Origin: the human T2T-CHM13v2.0 reference genome, Homo sapiens
Direction: 5' to 3' (one strand)
Length of the DNA stretch: 64,000 bases
Assembly (NCBI RefSeq): GCF_009914755.1
Contig: NC_060936.1
The translations under genes were made by a program, and so were the position numbers. Below are positions 1-33,769 of the stretch, one piece after another; within the stretch, counting starts at the first letter, position 1, and each line of letters begins with the position of its first letter. The notes under the pieces were generated by a model, which was given only the letters and a program-made list of their open reading frames with translations, was not told the DNA's origin and searched no databases.

Positions 1-298
1 ATTGTTATACAAGTATATCAGGTGTACTTCATATAGATCATATTTGCAGTCTAGGAGTGCCATAGTAGGGCACCCAGTTATTAATACTGCACATTCTTAC
101 ACATAGCTTACTTGGAATTTCTCATTTACATGACACCAAGTGAAAATTAGTTAAGTACTGCAGTGACTGCTTTTGTTACTGCTATCATCAAAGTCACACA
201 TTAACTAACTTACAAAGAAATCACTCTTCATGACAGAAACACTTGCAGCTGAAACAGTTTGTAAATGCATCTATAAAGCTTTTTCAAAAGGACCTTAA

Positions 299-686
<388 letters not shown>

Positions 687-739
687 TAAGAGTTTGTAAA
701 TCCCAATTTTAAGGATTTAGAAAATTGTCATTTTAATAA

Positions 740-1928
740 GTCATCTATTGCTGCATAACAGACCACATTTAAAGATAATAGTTTAAAAATAAAAATTAAT
801 TTATGTTATTTTATAGGGACAGGGTATTTCTCTGTTATCCAGGCTGGAGTGCAGTGGTTCAATCACAGCTCACTCCAGACTCTAACTCATGGCCTCAAGT
901 GATCATCCCACCTCAGCCTTCCAAGTAGCTGGGAACTACAGGGATGCCACTATGCCTGGCTAATTTTTGTTACTTTTGTAGGGACAGGGTCTCACTATGT
1001 TGCCCAGGCTGGAACAACTGTTTTATTTGCTCATAAGTCTGTGGGTCTGGGACTCTGGCTGAGCTCAGAGGGGCAGTTCTGTATTGATATGGTTTGGCTG
1101 TGTCCCCACCTAAATCTCATCTTGAATTGTAACTCTCATAATTCCCACAGGTTGTGGGAGGGACCCAGTGGGAGATAACTGAATCATGGGGGCGGTTTCC
1201 CCTGTACTGTTCTTGTGGTAGTGAATAAGTCTCACAAGATCTGATGGTTTTATAAGGGGAAACCCCTTTTGCTTGGTTCTCATTCTCTCTCTTGCCTGCA
1301 GCCATATAAGATGTGCCTTTGCTCCTCCTTGCCTTCCACCATGATTGTGAGTCCATGTGGAACTGTGAGTCCCTTAAACCTCTTTCCTTTATGAATTACC
1401 CAGTCTCTAGTATGTCTTTATCAGCAGTATGAGAACAGACTAATACATGTGTTCCACGTGGTGTCAGCTCTAGTGGCTTCCTGTGGGGCTGGCAGATCCA
1501 AGATGGCCTCACACGGCTGTCACTTCAGCTGAATTGGCTCCAACGACTGGGCACTGGTGAGGATAGCTGGGCTTCTTTTCCTGTGGAGTTGGCTGGACTT
1601 CCTCATGAGTGTGGGGCCTGGGTTCTGGCTGTTATCTGGGTTCCTCGGGTCCCCTTTACTTCACCTCTTTCCCCAGTAGGATGGCATGGGTGTTCTCACA
1701 GGGCAGACGGTATTCCCTAGAGTTACAGTAGAAACTTCCAGACCTCAGCTTGGAAGTCCCAGAACAGCAACAGCATTTTCACTGCAATCCATTAGCCAAA
1801 GCAAGTCAAAGGCCGGCCCAGATTCAAGGATTGAGGAAAAAGATTCCACTTCTTGAGAGAAAAAGCTGCACGCACCCACTGGGATAAAGGAATTGTTGGC
1901 GGCCATCTTTGCAGACCAATCTACCACA
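740..1928 (-). mobile_element. Old MaLR LTR (MLT1-like), interrupted by an AluJ fragment and a THE1 LTR
   Basis: MLT1-like motifs ATTGCTGCATAACA..., GCGGCCATCTTTG...CTACCACA. Confidence 0.55.
1085..1447 (+). mobile_element. THE1-family MaLR solo LTR
   Basis: TGATATGGTTTGGCTGTGTCCCCAC...CAGACTAATACA termini; near-perfect 5-bp TSD tgtat/tgtgt. Confidence 0.88.
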
Positions 1929-2037
1929 GTCACTTTCCCCCAATAAGACAGCAGCCATTCTATTAAAAAGTTGCTACCAATCAAAGGGGATGTTTATTAA
2001 CTATAGTTTAGTACTAGTATTAGGGTAGTTCGTAGTA

Positions 2038-2390
<353 letters not shown>

Positions 2391-2604
2391 TAAAAATGTA
2401 TTTAGGGCGGTGTTTGAATGTCACTGTTATTTTTTAACACTTACAATTTTAAGTGAGAAAGAGCAATCTCACTTAATTAACGTTAAAGCTTAAGCTAAAT
2501 TCTCCCAGTCTTTAGGATCTGAGGGGTTACCTTTAGTTTATTACCTCTGTGTGTGTCTTCTGCCTGGTGGTCACTTAGGAGTATGGAAGACATGAATAAA
2601 TTAT

Positions 2605-2905
2605 CTTGTTTTGTTTGTTTGTTTGTTTGTTGAGACAGGGTCTCGCTCTGTTGCCCAGGCTGGAGTTCAATCACAGCTTACTGCAGCATTGACCTCCTGA
2701 GCTCAAGCATTCCTCCTGCCTCTGCCTCCCGAGTAGCTAAGACCACAGGCATGCACCACCACGCCTGGCTAATTTTTAATTTTTTGTAGAGATGGGGTTT
2801 CACCTTGTTGCTCAGGCTTACCTGGAACTCCTGGGCCCAAGCCCTCCTCCCGCCTTGGCCTCCCAAAGTGCTAGGATTACAGGCGTGAGCCACCATGCCC
2901 AGCCT
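2605..2905 (-). mobile_element. Alu (J-like)
   Basis: Antisense consensus. Confidence 0.88.
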
Positions 2906-4010
2906 TGTTTTCTCATTCTCATAATACCATATTGCAGACTTGGAATAACTTTCTAATCCTACTAATTGTTTTTAAAGAAAAAACACGATTTTGATTTCGC
3001 AAATTTTATCACACCAAGTTCCCCACATTTGGGTACACCAAGATCTTACCATTGAAACCCTTCCTGGTGTTAAGCAGATGGATAATTTTGAAATATGTAT
3101 GTATGGAATTAAAGTTCTGTGACTATCCAAATATGACAACTTCTTCCATGGCATTTGGAATTATGCAATAGAAAATGTTTTCAGTGATGCCCTTTTATGT
3201 GTTAATTTTGCCAAATTTATTCTCAATTATAATTTCAAATCACCTGAGCAACAGAAGAAAACTAGAAGTTGTATCAAAACCAAGAACTTATTTGAGTTTA
3301 GCATTAAGGACAGATTTTTAATTAATTGGCTCAAACTGACGATAACCCATATTCAACAAGCCAGTTCTGGTTGACATTTCCCAAAATATGACATATTGAA
3401 TATGTTATTTTTGTCCAATATCTCTTAAATTAAGAAAAAAACTAAAGCAGAGGATATAAAATGATTTACTCTCATGTGACTCAGGAAACTTTAGTTACTC
3501 TTTTAAGAAAGAAATTTGCTTTTGTTAAAATTTGTACTTTAAATGATCTTTAAATTTCAAGTCCTAATAAACAAAAACTAGCTGAGTGTGGTGATATGTG
3601 CCTGTAGTCCCAGCTACTAGAGAGGCTGAGGTGGGAGGATGGAGCAAGACTGGGGGATGGTGCCACCACTGCACTCCAGCCTGGGCAACAGAGCAAGACC
3701 CTGTCACAAAACAAAACAAAACAAGAAAAACAAATGTTTTTCAAGCCTTTTTCATGACACAATTGTCCAATCTTCATATTAGTGAATGTGCCAGATATTT
3801 TAATTTCCTGCAGATCTGCCAAGTTTCTTCAGTTCAGAGCAAGACTTAGAGTAACTAAGGTGCTTCTCATTTAAAAGAATAATCTTAAAGCATTTTAAAA
3901 AATATATTTTGATAGTCTATATTTGAACCACAAAAAATATCTTCAAGCTTAAAAATTCTCCTCCATATTGACTTGGGGCAAACTTGGTGCCTCAATTTTG
4001 TTTTCTTTTC

Positions 4011-4011
<1 letters not shown>

Positions 4012-4057
<46 letters not shown>
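4012..4057. repeat. (TTA)n microsatellite
   Basis: About 15 perfect units adjoining an Alu arm. Confidence 0.92.
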
Positions 4058-5190
<1,133 letters not shown>

Positions 5191-5552
5191 CATTAAACTT
5201 GGGCCAAATGCTTTGAAAGAGTGAGTTTAGAGGAACTGGAGGAATGGGATAAAATGTCTATAAACAGCCATTCTTTGTGTAGCATCTACTATATAACAAA
5301 ATGTTGTGTAACTCTGTCATGCAACATAAATAATGCTACTGATTTGCATTTTCTTATTACTTGGCATTCTCAAATGAATTCTACAGTCTTTTGCCAATAT
5401 TAAGGTCTATTTCTCACTTCCTTACATCCCCAGGGTCCCTAGTATGATGGCAGAGGGGCAATAAACTGTCCCCTTGTTGTGCACACAGAGCTTACAATAG
5501 GTATGCACCCAATTGCTTTTTCATCTCTGCATTTTCTTTTTTAATTTACTTG

Positions 5553-5851
5553 CTTTTTTTTTTTTTTTGAGATGGAGTCTCACTCTGTCACCCAGGCTGG
5601 GGTGCAATGGCATGATTTTGGCTCACTGCAACCTCTGCCTCCCAGGTTCCAGTGATTCTTCCGCCCCAGCCTCCTGAGTAGCTGGGATTACAGGCACCCG
5701 CCATCATGCCTGGCTAATTTTTTGTATTTTTGTAGAGACAGGGTTTCACCACGTTGGCCAGGCTGGTCTTGAACTCCTGACCTCAGGTGATCCGCCTGCC
5801 TTGGCCTCCCAAAGTGCTGGGATTACAGGCGTGAGCCACCGTGCCCAGCCC
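5553..5851 (-). mobile_element. Alu
   Basis: Antisense consensus. Confidence 0.9.
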
Positions 5852-6414
5852 ATCTCCGCATTTTTAATGTCACAAACCCAAAAGCTGTGTGGTCTCAGGC
5901 TGGACCACTGCCAAACATGGCTAGGATAATGTAAGTACTTTGACCACATCCTTATTAACACCTTTTTATCTTTCTCAGTCCCCACGACTTTGGGGTTTCT
6001 AGCCTAGGGAAATTACACGGGATTCCATGTAGGGAGAAAAAGGGAAAATTTCAAAATAAATCTTTTTTAAATTTTACCAGCCTAGAGGGACTATTATTAG
6101 TGTGACAGAATAACATGGTTGAGAAATTAACTAGACTTATTAATATTTACTGCTGCAGACTCAATACAAAAGACTAAGGAGGATTTCTTCCCCACAAGCG
6201 ATTAAGCCTTAGAGTTCTGGAATATTGGGCTTGCCTCGTCCAGGGGAACTTGAAAGCCTAGAAACTTTGGGACTTAAATTTGAATTGTCAAAACGCCAGG
6301 CCCTTCAAGGGGAGGAGGTGAGAGTGTTGTATGAGAGCAGAGTGGCCCAAGTCCCTGAAGAATTCACAGTGAGGGTGTAGAACAGGCTTGAGAGGCAGGA
6401 CAGTGGGATAGAGA

Positions 6415-6468
6415 TATCAAGTTGGTGCAAAAGTAATTGTGGTTTTTGCCAATGGCAAAAACTTGATA
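6415..6468. mobile_element. MADE1 (Hsmar1-derived MITE), internally deleted
   Basis: GTTGGTGCAAAAGTAATTG.GGTTTTTGCCA; TA flanks. Confidence 0.75.
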
Positions 6469-6489
6469 CAATGCAGTGGTATCTGGGGC

Positions 6490-6646
6490 TTGGCAACTGA
6501 AGTGTGCTTACCAATTGCCTGGAGACCTTGTTACAATGGAGATTTGGATTCAGGAGGTCAGGAGTGGAGCCAGAGACTGCACTTCTAAGAAGCTCCCAGG
6601 TTGTGTGAAGGCTGCTGCTCCCTGGACCTTGCTTTGAGTAACAAGA
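6490..6646. mobile_element. MER5-like hAT DNA transposon relic
   Basis: TTCTAAGAAGCTCCCAGG...CTTTGAGTAACA motif. Confidence 0.55.
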
Positions 6647-6866
6647 GTGCAGATCACATCCTGTCTTCATAGATTAATACTTCTCTTGGAGGAAAAGGAG
6701 GGGAGAGGTGATAAGAAGGACTTTGAAGGACGAGCACAGGGAAGTTTAAACCCCAAACTCTTGTGGCACTGGGTGCAATGAAAAATGTTCTGGGTGGCTA
6801 AGTTGTACACTGAGAAAACCAACACTATTACCCACAGATCTGCTGATCTTCAAGGGAATCGTTTCA

Positions 6867-8140
<1,274 letters not shown>

Positions 8141-8657
8141 AAGAATTGAAGACCAAAAGCCTTTCTCCAAATTTTCTGGCCTATTTCCACAACCTCCTAG
8201 GCATCTTGAATGGCCCCAGGGAAGGGAAGAAACCCAACCCGTCATTCCCAACAGAATCAATTTCCAAAATACCTTAGCTTGAGAGGGCAACAGTGAAGGA
8301 CATTAAGCCGGATACATTTAACTGAGAAAAACAATGAAATGTGAATTTTCTTGAGCCCCAGTATATGGAGCAAATTCATATGAGTTAACCCTTCCAATCT
8401 GAAAATTAGAATCAGATTCAGGACATGGTAAATAACCATCTATTAGTTACTTAATCAACACATGTTAGAGGATGATGAACAAGAGAAAGTTTCTGACAAG
8501 AGAAAGTAGTTGGGGGAAAGAGGACCTCAGGTCTTTGAGTCCTGATCAGTCAGTCTAGGGTTTTGCCGTGGTCATCGAAGACAATGGATTTTCCCGTTAT
8601 ACACACTCTTCAAATTGCCCTTTGAGATGTTTTTCTCCTTCAAGTCCTCCCTGTTTA

Positions 8658-9090
<433 letters not shown>

Positions 9091-9549
9091 AAACAAAGGC
9101 AGTAAGTGCTTTGTCCAAACCCAAGTTTCTTCCAAAGCTGAGAGTAGTGAAATCCTGGGCTCCCTTTCTCTAATCCAATACTAAGAGCAAATGCCTTGTG
9201 TTGGTAATTTTGCTTGTAATGTATGATCCTGCCATCTCCAGGACTTGATGTTTTATTAAACTGTTTCCAAATCTGATGGTGATTATATAAGAAAAGTTTG
9301 TACTTGTGCTCATTAATGTTACAATTCACACAGATATATCACCTTTACTTGCCAGTAATGCCCCAGAAGGGCTAAACCACAGGCAGAAGGGGAAAGTAAA
9401 AAGAAATGACTACATCTTTGCCTGATCATCTGTCCTGACAAATTGGAAGTCACAAAGTGATCCGTATAGTGTTTGTGCCTGGCCAGCAGTTTGTTTTTAA
9501 TTAGTTGCCAACATTTAATATACAAGGATTTCATATAAAATCCAAATTT

Positions 9550-9975
9550 CACCCAGGCACCATGGCTCACACCTGTAGTCATGATGCTTTGAGAGGCCAA
9601 AGCGGGCGGATTACTTGGGCTCAGGAGTTCAACACCAGCCTGGGAAACATAGCGAGACCCCATCTCTACCAAAAAAATTTTTTAATTAGCAGGGTGTGAT
9701 GGTGCATGCCTATAGTCCCAGCCACTCAGGAGGCTGACGGGGGAGGATTGCTTGAGCCCAGGAGTTCAAGGCTTCAGTGAGCTAGGATTCCATCACCCCA
9801 CTCCAGCCTGGGCCACAGAGACCCTGTCTCTAAAATAATAAATAGGCTTGGTGAGGTGGCTCATGCCTGTATTCCCAGCACTTTGGGAGCCCGAGGCAGG
9901 AGGACTGCTTGAATCCAGGAGTTCGAGACCAGCCTGGGCAGTAGAGCACAACCCTGTCTCAAAAATAAAATAAGA
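9550..9975 (+). mobile_element. AluJ-like plus following left monomer
   Basis: Consensus match. Confidence 0.85.
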
Positions 9976-10469
9976 TAAAATCCAAATTTCTGATTTTGCT
10001 TGAAAAATCCGAAGAACTGGCAACATTTGACTATAATCCCTCATGGCGGAATACTGGTGTGATAAACACCTGTGATACCTTTGGTCACCAGCTTTTGAAC
10101 CCCTCTCCTTTATTCAAGGATGTCCCCAATTCACAAGTCTTGGTGGGAGGCAGATGTCATTTCCCACTGTTCGAACAATATACCCGATACTTACCAGCAT
10201 GCACCAGGCTTGGCCAATTAAGCGTGTCTCCCAGGCTTATAAATGGGGTGCTAATTTTAGGAAGAATCCAGGACAAGAAAGAATTGTTGAATTATTTCTG
10301 GCAGTGGATGGTGAAAGCAAAATCCAGTTTCTAGGAACAGCGAGGGCGGTAGGGGCAGTGGTATTCCATGGTTGGCAGCAGCAACAGTTTCTTAACTGGC
10401 TGGATTTGGTGGAGTAATTTTGATCATGGTTTCAGTTGCACAGCCTGTCTGCCCCATTTTCCAAGCTCA

Positions 10470-12242
<1,773 letters not shown>

Positions 12243-12794
12243 TGTCAGCGGAGGGTCCCGCTTCCAGAGGCCAAGTTTAATTGGTCTTGCTGAACTTCTG
12301 ATAATGGAATTTTTTAATAAAGTTCTCCAGGTGCTTTTAGTGTCAGCCTGGGCTAAAAGTCACTGAGCTAGTCCAGTCCCTACCCCTGCCCATTTTACAG
12401 ATGTGAATACTGAGGTCCAAAGACAAGTTAAGTAACTTGCTCAAAGGGCTATATCTTTAATTAATAGCAAAAACAGAAATAAGCAAAACCACACACACAA
12501 ATGACATCTAGTAGGAAAACTTGGCTAAGCGCTGTGGCTCATGCTTTTAATCTCAGCACTTTGGGAGGCCAAAGCAGGAGGATCCCTTGAGGGTAGGCGT
12601 TTGAGAGCAGCCCTGGCAATGCAGTGAGACTCCATCTCTACAAAAAAAAAATTTTTTTAAATCATAATAATACTAGAACAACTTTGTTTTTCCACAATAG
12701 ACATGTGAGTACTGTTAAATAAAATTTATGGTATGAACCTGACAAGTTTTCAGAAAATAAAACTTAAAAATTAAATAAAACTTATGAGAGGCAT

Positions 12795-13483
12795 TGTTTG
12801 GACTAAGTTCCTGCACTAGGCCTTGATAGACCAGACCAAACCAAAATGGAGTCACCTACGCTAACCGCCATGCAATCAAATGGAACTTTAAAATGGGCCA
12901 GTTTTCAACCGGGCACAGTGGCTTATGCCTGTAATCCCAGCACTTTGGGAGGCCAAGGCAGGTGGACCACTTAAGGCCAAGGCAGGTGAACCACAGGAGT
13001 TCAAGACCATTGTGGCCAACATGGTAAAACACCCACTCTACCAAATTACAAAAATTAGCTGGGTGAGGTGCCAGGCGCCTGTAATCCCAACTGCTAGGGA
13101 AGCTGAGGCAGGAGAATCACTTGAACCCAGGAGGCAGAGGCTTCAGTGAACCGAGGTTGCACCACTGCACTCCAGCCTGGATGACAAAGCAAGACTCCAT
13201 CTCAAAAAAAAAAGAAAGAAAGAAAAAGGCCAGTATTCAAAAAACCAGATTTACAGCAACCAATCCAAAAGGGCCTAGTCAAGTTGAACAAGCATAACAA
13301 TGTCTCCTCTGCTTTAATCTTATAAGGAAAGTAGCTTTGAAATGATCAGTTCACTTTCTAGCCTGTGTTTCTGCCTTCTTTAGTTCTTCTGCATACAAAA
13401 CCCATCCCTTGCTCAGCTCGCTGGAGCACCTTTCTGTTTTACAGATGGGATGCTGCCCAATTCATGAATTGAAAATAAAAGAT
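12795..13483 (+). mobile_element. ERV1-type LTR fragment containing an inserted Alu (12908-13228)
   Basis: TG start, CAAACCAAAATGGAGTCAC motif, CCAAT and AATAAA. Confidence 0.5.
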
Positions 13484-14192
<709 letters not shown>

Positions 14193-15635
14193 AGGAAATC
14201 AAATTCCTGGAGTGCTTGAGGACTGAGAAGCAGGGTAGTATAGTGATATGACTCTCAAACCTGAGCGATTCAGAATCCCCTCAAGGGCTTGTCACAACAC
14301 AGATGGCTGGGCCCCAGCTGTGAAGTTTAAGATGTCTTGGGTTTGAGGTGGTGGGAAGAATAATTAGAATGTCTAACAAGTTCCCAGGGGCTGCTGTTGA
14401 TGCTGTTGTCCCAGCATGGGCTATATAGAATCAGACTATATTAGCAAGATCCAGTTCTGCCCCTTACAAGTGAGAACCTAAGCAAGGTACCTAACATATC
14501 TGCAAAATGGGGCCAATGATAGTAACTTGGGCTTCTTGTAACAATTGAGTGATCATAATAAACGTAAAGTGCTTAGAACAGTGTCTCGGCCATAGAAACT
14601 GCCTAATGGATATGAGCCATTTTCATTCATTCATTCATCAAACAGTTATGAGTTGAGTACTTCCTTTGAGCCAGGCAATGTTTCAGGCCCCAGAAGTACA
14701 GTGGTGAGTAAGTCAAGGTTCTCCTCCAATGAGCTTACATTCCATTGGGAAGGCATACAATAGATGACTTTGCAACATATAATCTAATGTCAACACAGGA
14801 GAATTCTACATTCCAAGTTAACGGAACAGCAGATGCACACAGAGTTTTATGATAAGTTGTTCTGTTCTTTTTTGAATCTTCCAGCTCAAGGAGGTGGCAG
14901 CATCATGCTTCTAATGCAAAGGTCCTTAGAAGGATGGTTCTTACCATGAATGGCTCGTACCATGATGGTAAGGATGGCCTTAACCATCAATAAGGGCAGA
15001 TTATGGCATAGTTCCACTAGCCAATCCTTTGGGTTTTGTTTCAGAGGACAAATTTGAAACCAGAACAGTTTGGGTGGAGAGTGTTAGGAGGGAAGGGAAG
15101 AGTAGGGTGGCGATGTATTGGATGCTGCACATTTGTTCTTTCATTTAATCCTTACAACAATCTTTGAGTAAATATTATTGGATAAGGAGAGAAGAAACCT
15201 GCCCAAGGCTAAGTGGAAAAAGTGGCATCCCACCCCAAGGGTACCTAATGCTTGGCAAGGAGCAAAACCACTGAAGGGAGAACAAATCATGAACAAAGAG
15301 AGAAGGATCCAGAGTCCACGTGGCCATCTTCAAAAGTTTGCCTTTGCCTTGCAACTTAAATTGCCTTTCTCATGAGAAGCAAAAACATTCAAATGCACCA
15401 TTTTCCTGGCATGTAGGAATGCTTTGGTCTACATGTTCACTGCACTGATTCTAATAATTCTTTAGCCTTTATAATTCTTTTCATTCTCCTGGAACACTTG
15501 AGGATTTGGGGACTTGCTTAGGTTTCTCTCCATAGGCTGTGTAAAGATTTTTAGAGTTGAACTGATTCGAGGCAGGTCTTCTGACACCCAAAGCAATGCT
15601 TTCTTGATGACTTCTCCTTTAGTTTCAAAAGCCAC

Positions 15636-15994
15636 TGTATTAGTCCATTTTCATACTGCTATAAAGAAATACCCAAGACTGGGTAATTTATAAAGGAAAG
15701 AGATTTAATTGACTCACAGTTCTACATGGCTGGGAAGGCCTCAGGAAACTTACAATCATGGTGGAAGGCGAAGGGGAAACAGGCACCTTCTTCACAAGGC
15801 GGCAGGAGAGAGAAGAAAGAGTGAAGTAGGAAGAGCTCTTTATCAAACCATCAGATCTTGTAAGAACTCACTGACTATCACAAGAACTGCATGGGGGAAA
15901 CCGCTCCCATGATCCACTCACCTCTCTTCCTGGACACCTGGGGATTACAATTCAAGATGAGATTTGAGTGGAGAAACAGAGCCAAACCATATCA
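15636..15994 (-). mobile_element. MST/THE1-family MaLR solo LTR (MSTA-like)
   Basis: TGTATTAGTCC...CAAACCATATCA; perfect 5-bp TSD GCCAC at 15631-15635 and 15995-15999. Confidence 0.88.
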
Positions 15995-16982
15995 GCCACC
16001 CTTTAGGATTTTACCCCAGTGTGAAGCCTGCGTCTCAACAATTAGATCGTTGGTGAGGAGGGTATAGCACCATTTATTTCTTTAGTAATCTTTCATAATT
16101 TTGCTTAGTTATTGTATCAGTTGTTTTCTAAAATTGTATCAGCTGTTTTCCTTTATTTTTATACCCATCACTTGTATTTTATGCCTTTTAAAAAACAGAA
16201 GTGGGCTGGGTGTAGTGGCTCATGCCAATAATCCCAGCACTTTAAGAGGCCCAAGGCAGGCAGATCACTTGAGCCGGGGAGTTAGAGAGTGTAGTGAGCC
16301 GTGATTGTGCCACTGCACTCCAGCCTGGGTGACATAGTGAGACCTTCTCTCAAAAACGAAACAGAACAAAACCCCAGGAGTGTTCAAAGACCCCAGAATT
16401 TGGCAATACATGACAAATATTTAATGTGTTTCTATAACTTTAATTCAGAGGCATCTATATCTCACCTCAGCATGTGTCAGCAAATTAATTGTAAACATGT
16501 GCTGATTTTTAGCCTTAGTATTTAAGAAAAACTTGTTAATCATTTATGATTCCCTTCCTGGAGATAAAAATGAATAAAACCAGTTTTATCTTAAAAGAAA
16601 GAAAGAAAAGTTTAAAAATGGCATGCTAATGATCTAAGCCCCCAGTGTTAAAGTTTCCTGGGAGCAAGCAGAGTAGGGGCACTGTCACATCACAAGCCCT
16701 AGCTGATCCCCTTCTTCGGGGTCCCCAGGCAGGGGCTAGGGTGAAGCCATAACTGCCATCACATACTTGCCACTGTCCCTCTGCTGTGTTCCTGAAGCAG
16801 GTGACAGTGATGTAATCCTATGCAAAGAGTATTGCTACCTCCTAATCAGAACACTGCTGACCCCAGGCCAGCCTCAAAAATCCTCCAGGATTTTTGTCTT
16901 CCTCATCATGTTAAAAGAAAAAAAAAAAGAAAAGACTTCAATATGGATGCTTTGCATGCTCATTGCTGGAAAATACAGACCA

Positions 16983-17328
<346 letters not shown>

Positions 17329-18121
17329 TCAGGAAAAAAACCTAAAATGTTGATATCGATTCTCCTCAGTATCTCAGATCACAAGGACCTTGTCCTCTGT
17401 GTTCATGAACTAGACCTTCCAGCGACACAGATTAACCCAACTGGAAGTTTCTGTTTGTTTTTCTCTGGAGTCGTTTTCTGGAGGTTGGTTCCCTAAACTT
17501 TTTGGGCGAGGGGCACGGATTCCGGAGATAGGTAGGTTGCAGTTGTGTTTGTTTGGGGTTGTTTTCATTTCCAAATATTCACCTCCCAGCTTGGGGGCCG
17601 AGAGGTATCTCAAGCCTTCTTTCGCAAAGGCATCTATATTCAAGACCCAGCCGTTTTACTCGGTGTTGTTTTTTTTCTTAGATTTTTTTTTTTTTTTTGA
17701 GCCCCGGCAGCTTTTGTTCCTTTGAATTTAAGTGTTTGAAGCTTGGCGATGGCAGGAATTGGCTTTGGCCTTGAGATCTTAATATGTAATGATGACTGGG
17801 GCTGCAGGGGGCCCTGCCTCTCCCGCTGCCCTGCTCTGGAAGCGCCTGGGTATCTGAGAGTTCAGAGCAGGCTGGAGGGGCGGAGCTTGGAGGGACGCTG
17901 GCGGCCCGCGCCTCCGGTAACCTAGCAACCGACGCCCTAGCAACGCGAGGGGGCGGGACCGAGGGAGGAAGTCGGAAACTGGTGGCCGCGTCTCGCGAGA
18001 GTTGCTTTTGCGCGCGAACTGTAAGTGCCAGGGTCTCAGGGTCAGGTCGCGGCTGGTCACTGTGCAGGCGCTTGGGTGACGCGACGATCTCAGCGGATCT
18101 GGTCACCTTCGTCTCCCCGCC

Positions 18122-32578
<14,457 letters not shown>

Positions 32579-33530
32579 ATGCTCTGAGGGCCATTCACAA
32601 TTCTCAGGGCTCAGCAGTGATGGGAGAACAGAGGACAGTTCCAGGATAAACTGCTGCCTGGGGCTGTGGGATGAATCAGTCACCCCGAATCTTGGAAAAA
32701 CCCCCTTCCAGGAGAGGATGGGCAGGCATTTAAAAAGTACCATTTTTGTGGTTGTTTGGAGCAGGGATGTACAAAATAATTTTAATGTATTAACTCATAC
32801 TGCCTGTCTTTTATAGGGGAAAAAAATAACCTTTTTTATTTTAAAGTTATAAGGTTTTTACCTTTTAGTTGCTTGGATGACAGGGAATTAGCCTACCCCA
32901 TTTTGGTCTGGAACAGAAGACTTTCAAATTTAATATGGTCCAAGTGTCTTCCTACTCAAGGTAAACATTATCTCCAAAATTACATTTATGATTCTAATAT
33001 TTGGCATTGTGTCTGTATCTAATTTAAACAGATGTTAATGGACGTCTGGCCGAAACTATTATACTTTTATAAGATGAGCTGAATCCTCTTACTTTAAAAA
33101 CTGGTCTTTTTATTTACCCTCTGTGGTAGAAGAGTCACCAGCAGGTTCCAAATTGATGTGTATGATAGGAAAAAAACCTTAATTTTAAATATAATATAGA
33201 GCCTTAAACTATGCCACTGGGTGGCAGAGGCTGTATAAAACGCACTTGTTTTCATGCAGGAGCGGGGCAAGTAAGGTTGAGCCTGACTGTAAACCTAGAA
33301 CTGCGGAAGGACTGGGACTTTTGTACAAATTTCACATTTATTTTACAGCAATCATGCTGCATTTGTGTTAGTGTTCTTTATAATAAAAAACAAAGCAGCC
33401 TCCTGGCTGGCTGTGTTACAAGTGACTCTTCCTTAGACAGCTAGAAAGATGCTGACTTTGTCAAACTTGCATTTATATGAAAACCTTCTGTCTCTAATAT
33501 CACAGAATAAACTTTCTTTAGATGCTGTTC
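32579..33530 (+). other. RFC5: RFC5 3' UTR (end approximate)
   Basis: Repeat-free, AU-rich sequence after the stop; AATAAA at 33382-33387 and 33506-33511. Confidence 0.7.
33506..33511 (+). terminator. RFC5 polyadenylation signal AATAAA (alternative at 33382-33387)
   Basis: Canonical hexamer followed by T/GT-rich sequence. Confidence 0.65.
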
Positions 33531-33769
33531 TTTATAAAATGTCAAATTCTTAAACTGTCAAATGGAAAAAGTCACTATTCCCTTTGTTCATGGAGGACTC
33601 ACCCCCTTAAGGACAGCGGCAAAGTATGAAGCTAAATATCTGATGGCCAACCAGGCCTCAAACCACCCAGAGGCTCAGCATCTGCTGTACCTGGAACTTC
33701 AAGATAACCATGAAATGTAAACGTTGGCCAATCCATTCCCAGCTCTTCTGCTGTACTACTTGTTTTATG

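Noticed and set aside
6005-6053. Cluster of NF-kB-like sequences (GGGAAATTAC, GGGATTCC, GGGAAAATTTC)
   Set aside because: None matches GGGRNNYYCC fully; expected by chance and no supporting context
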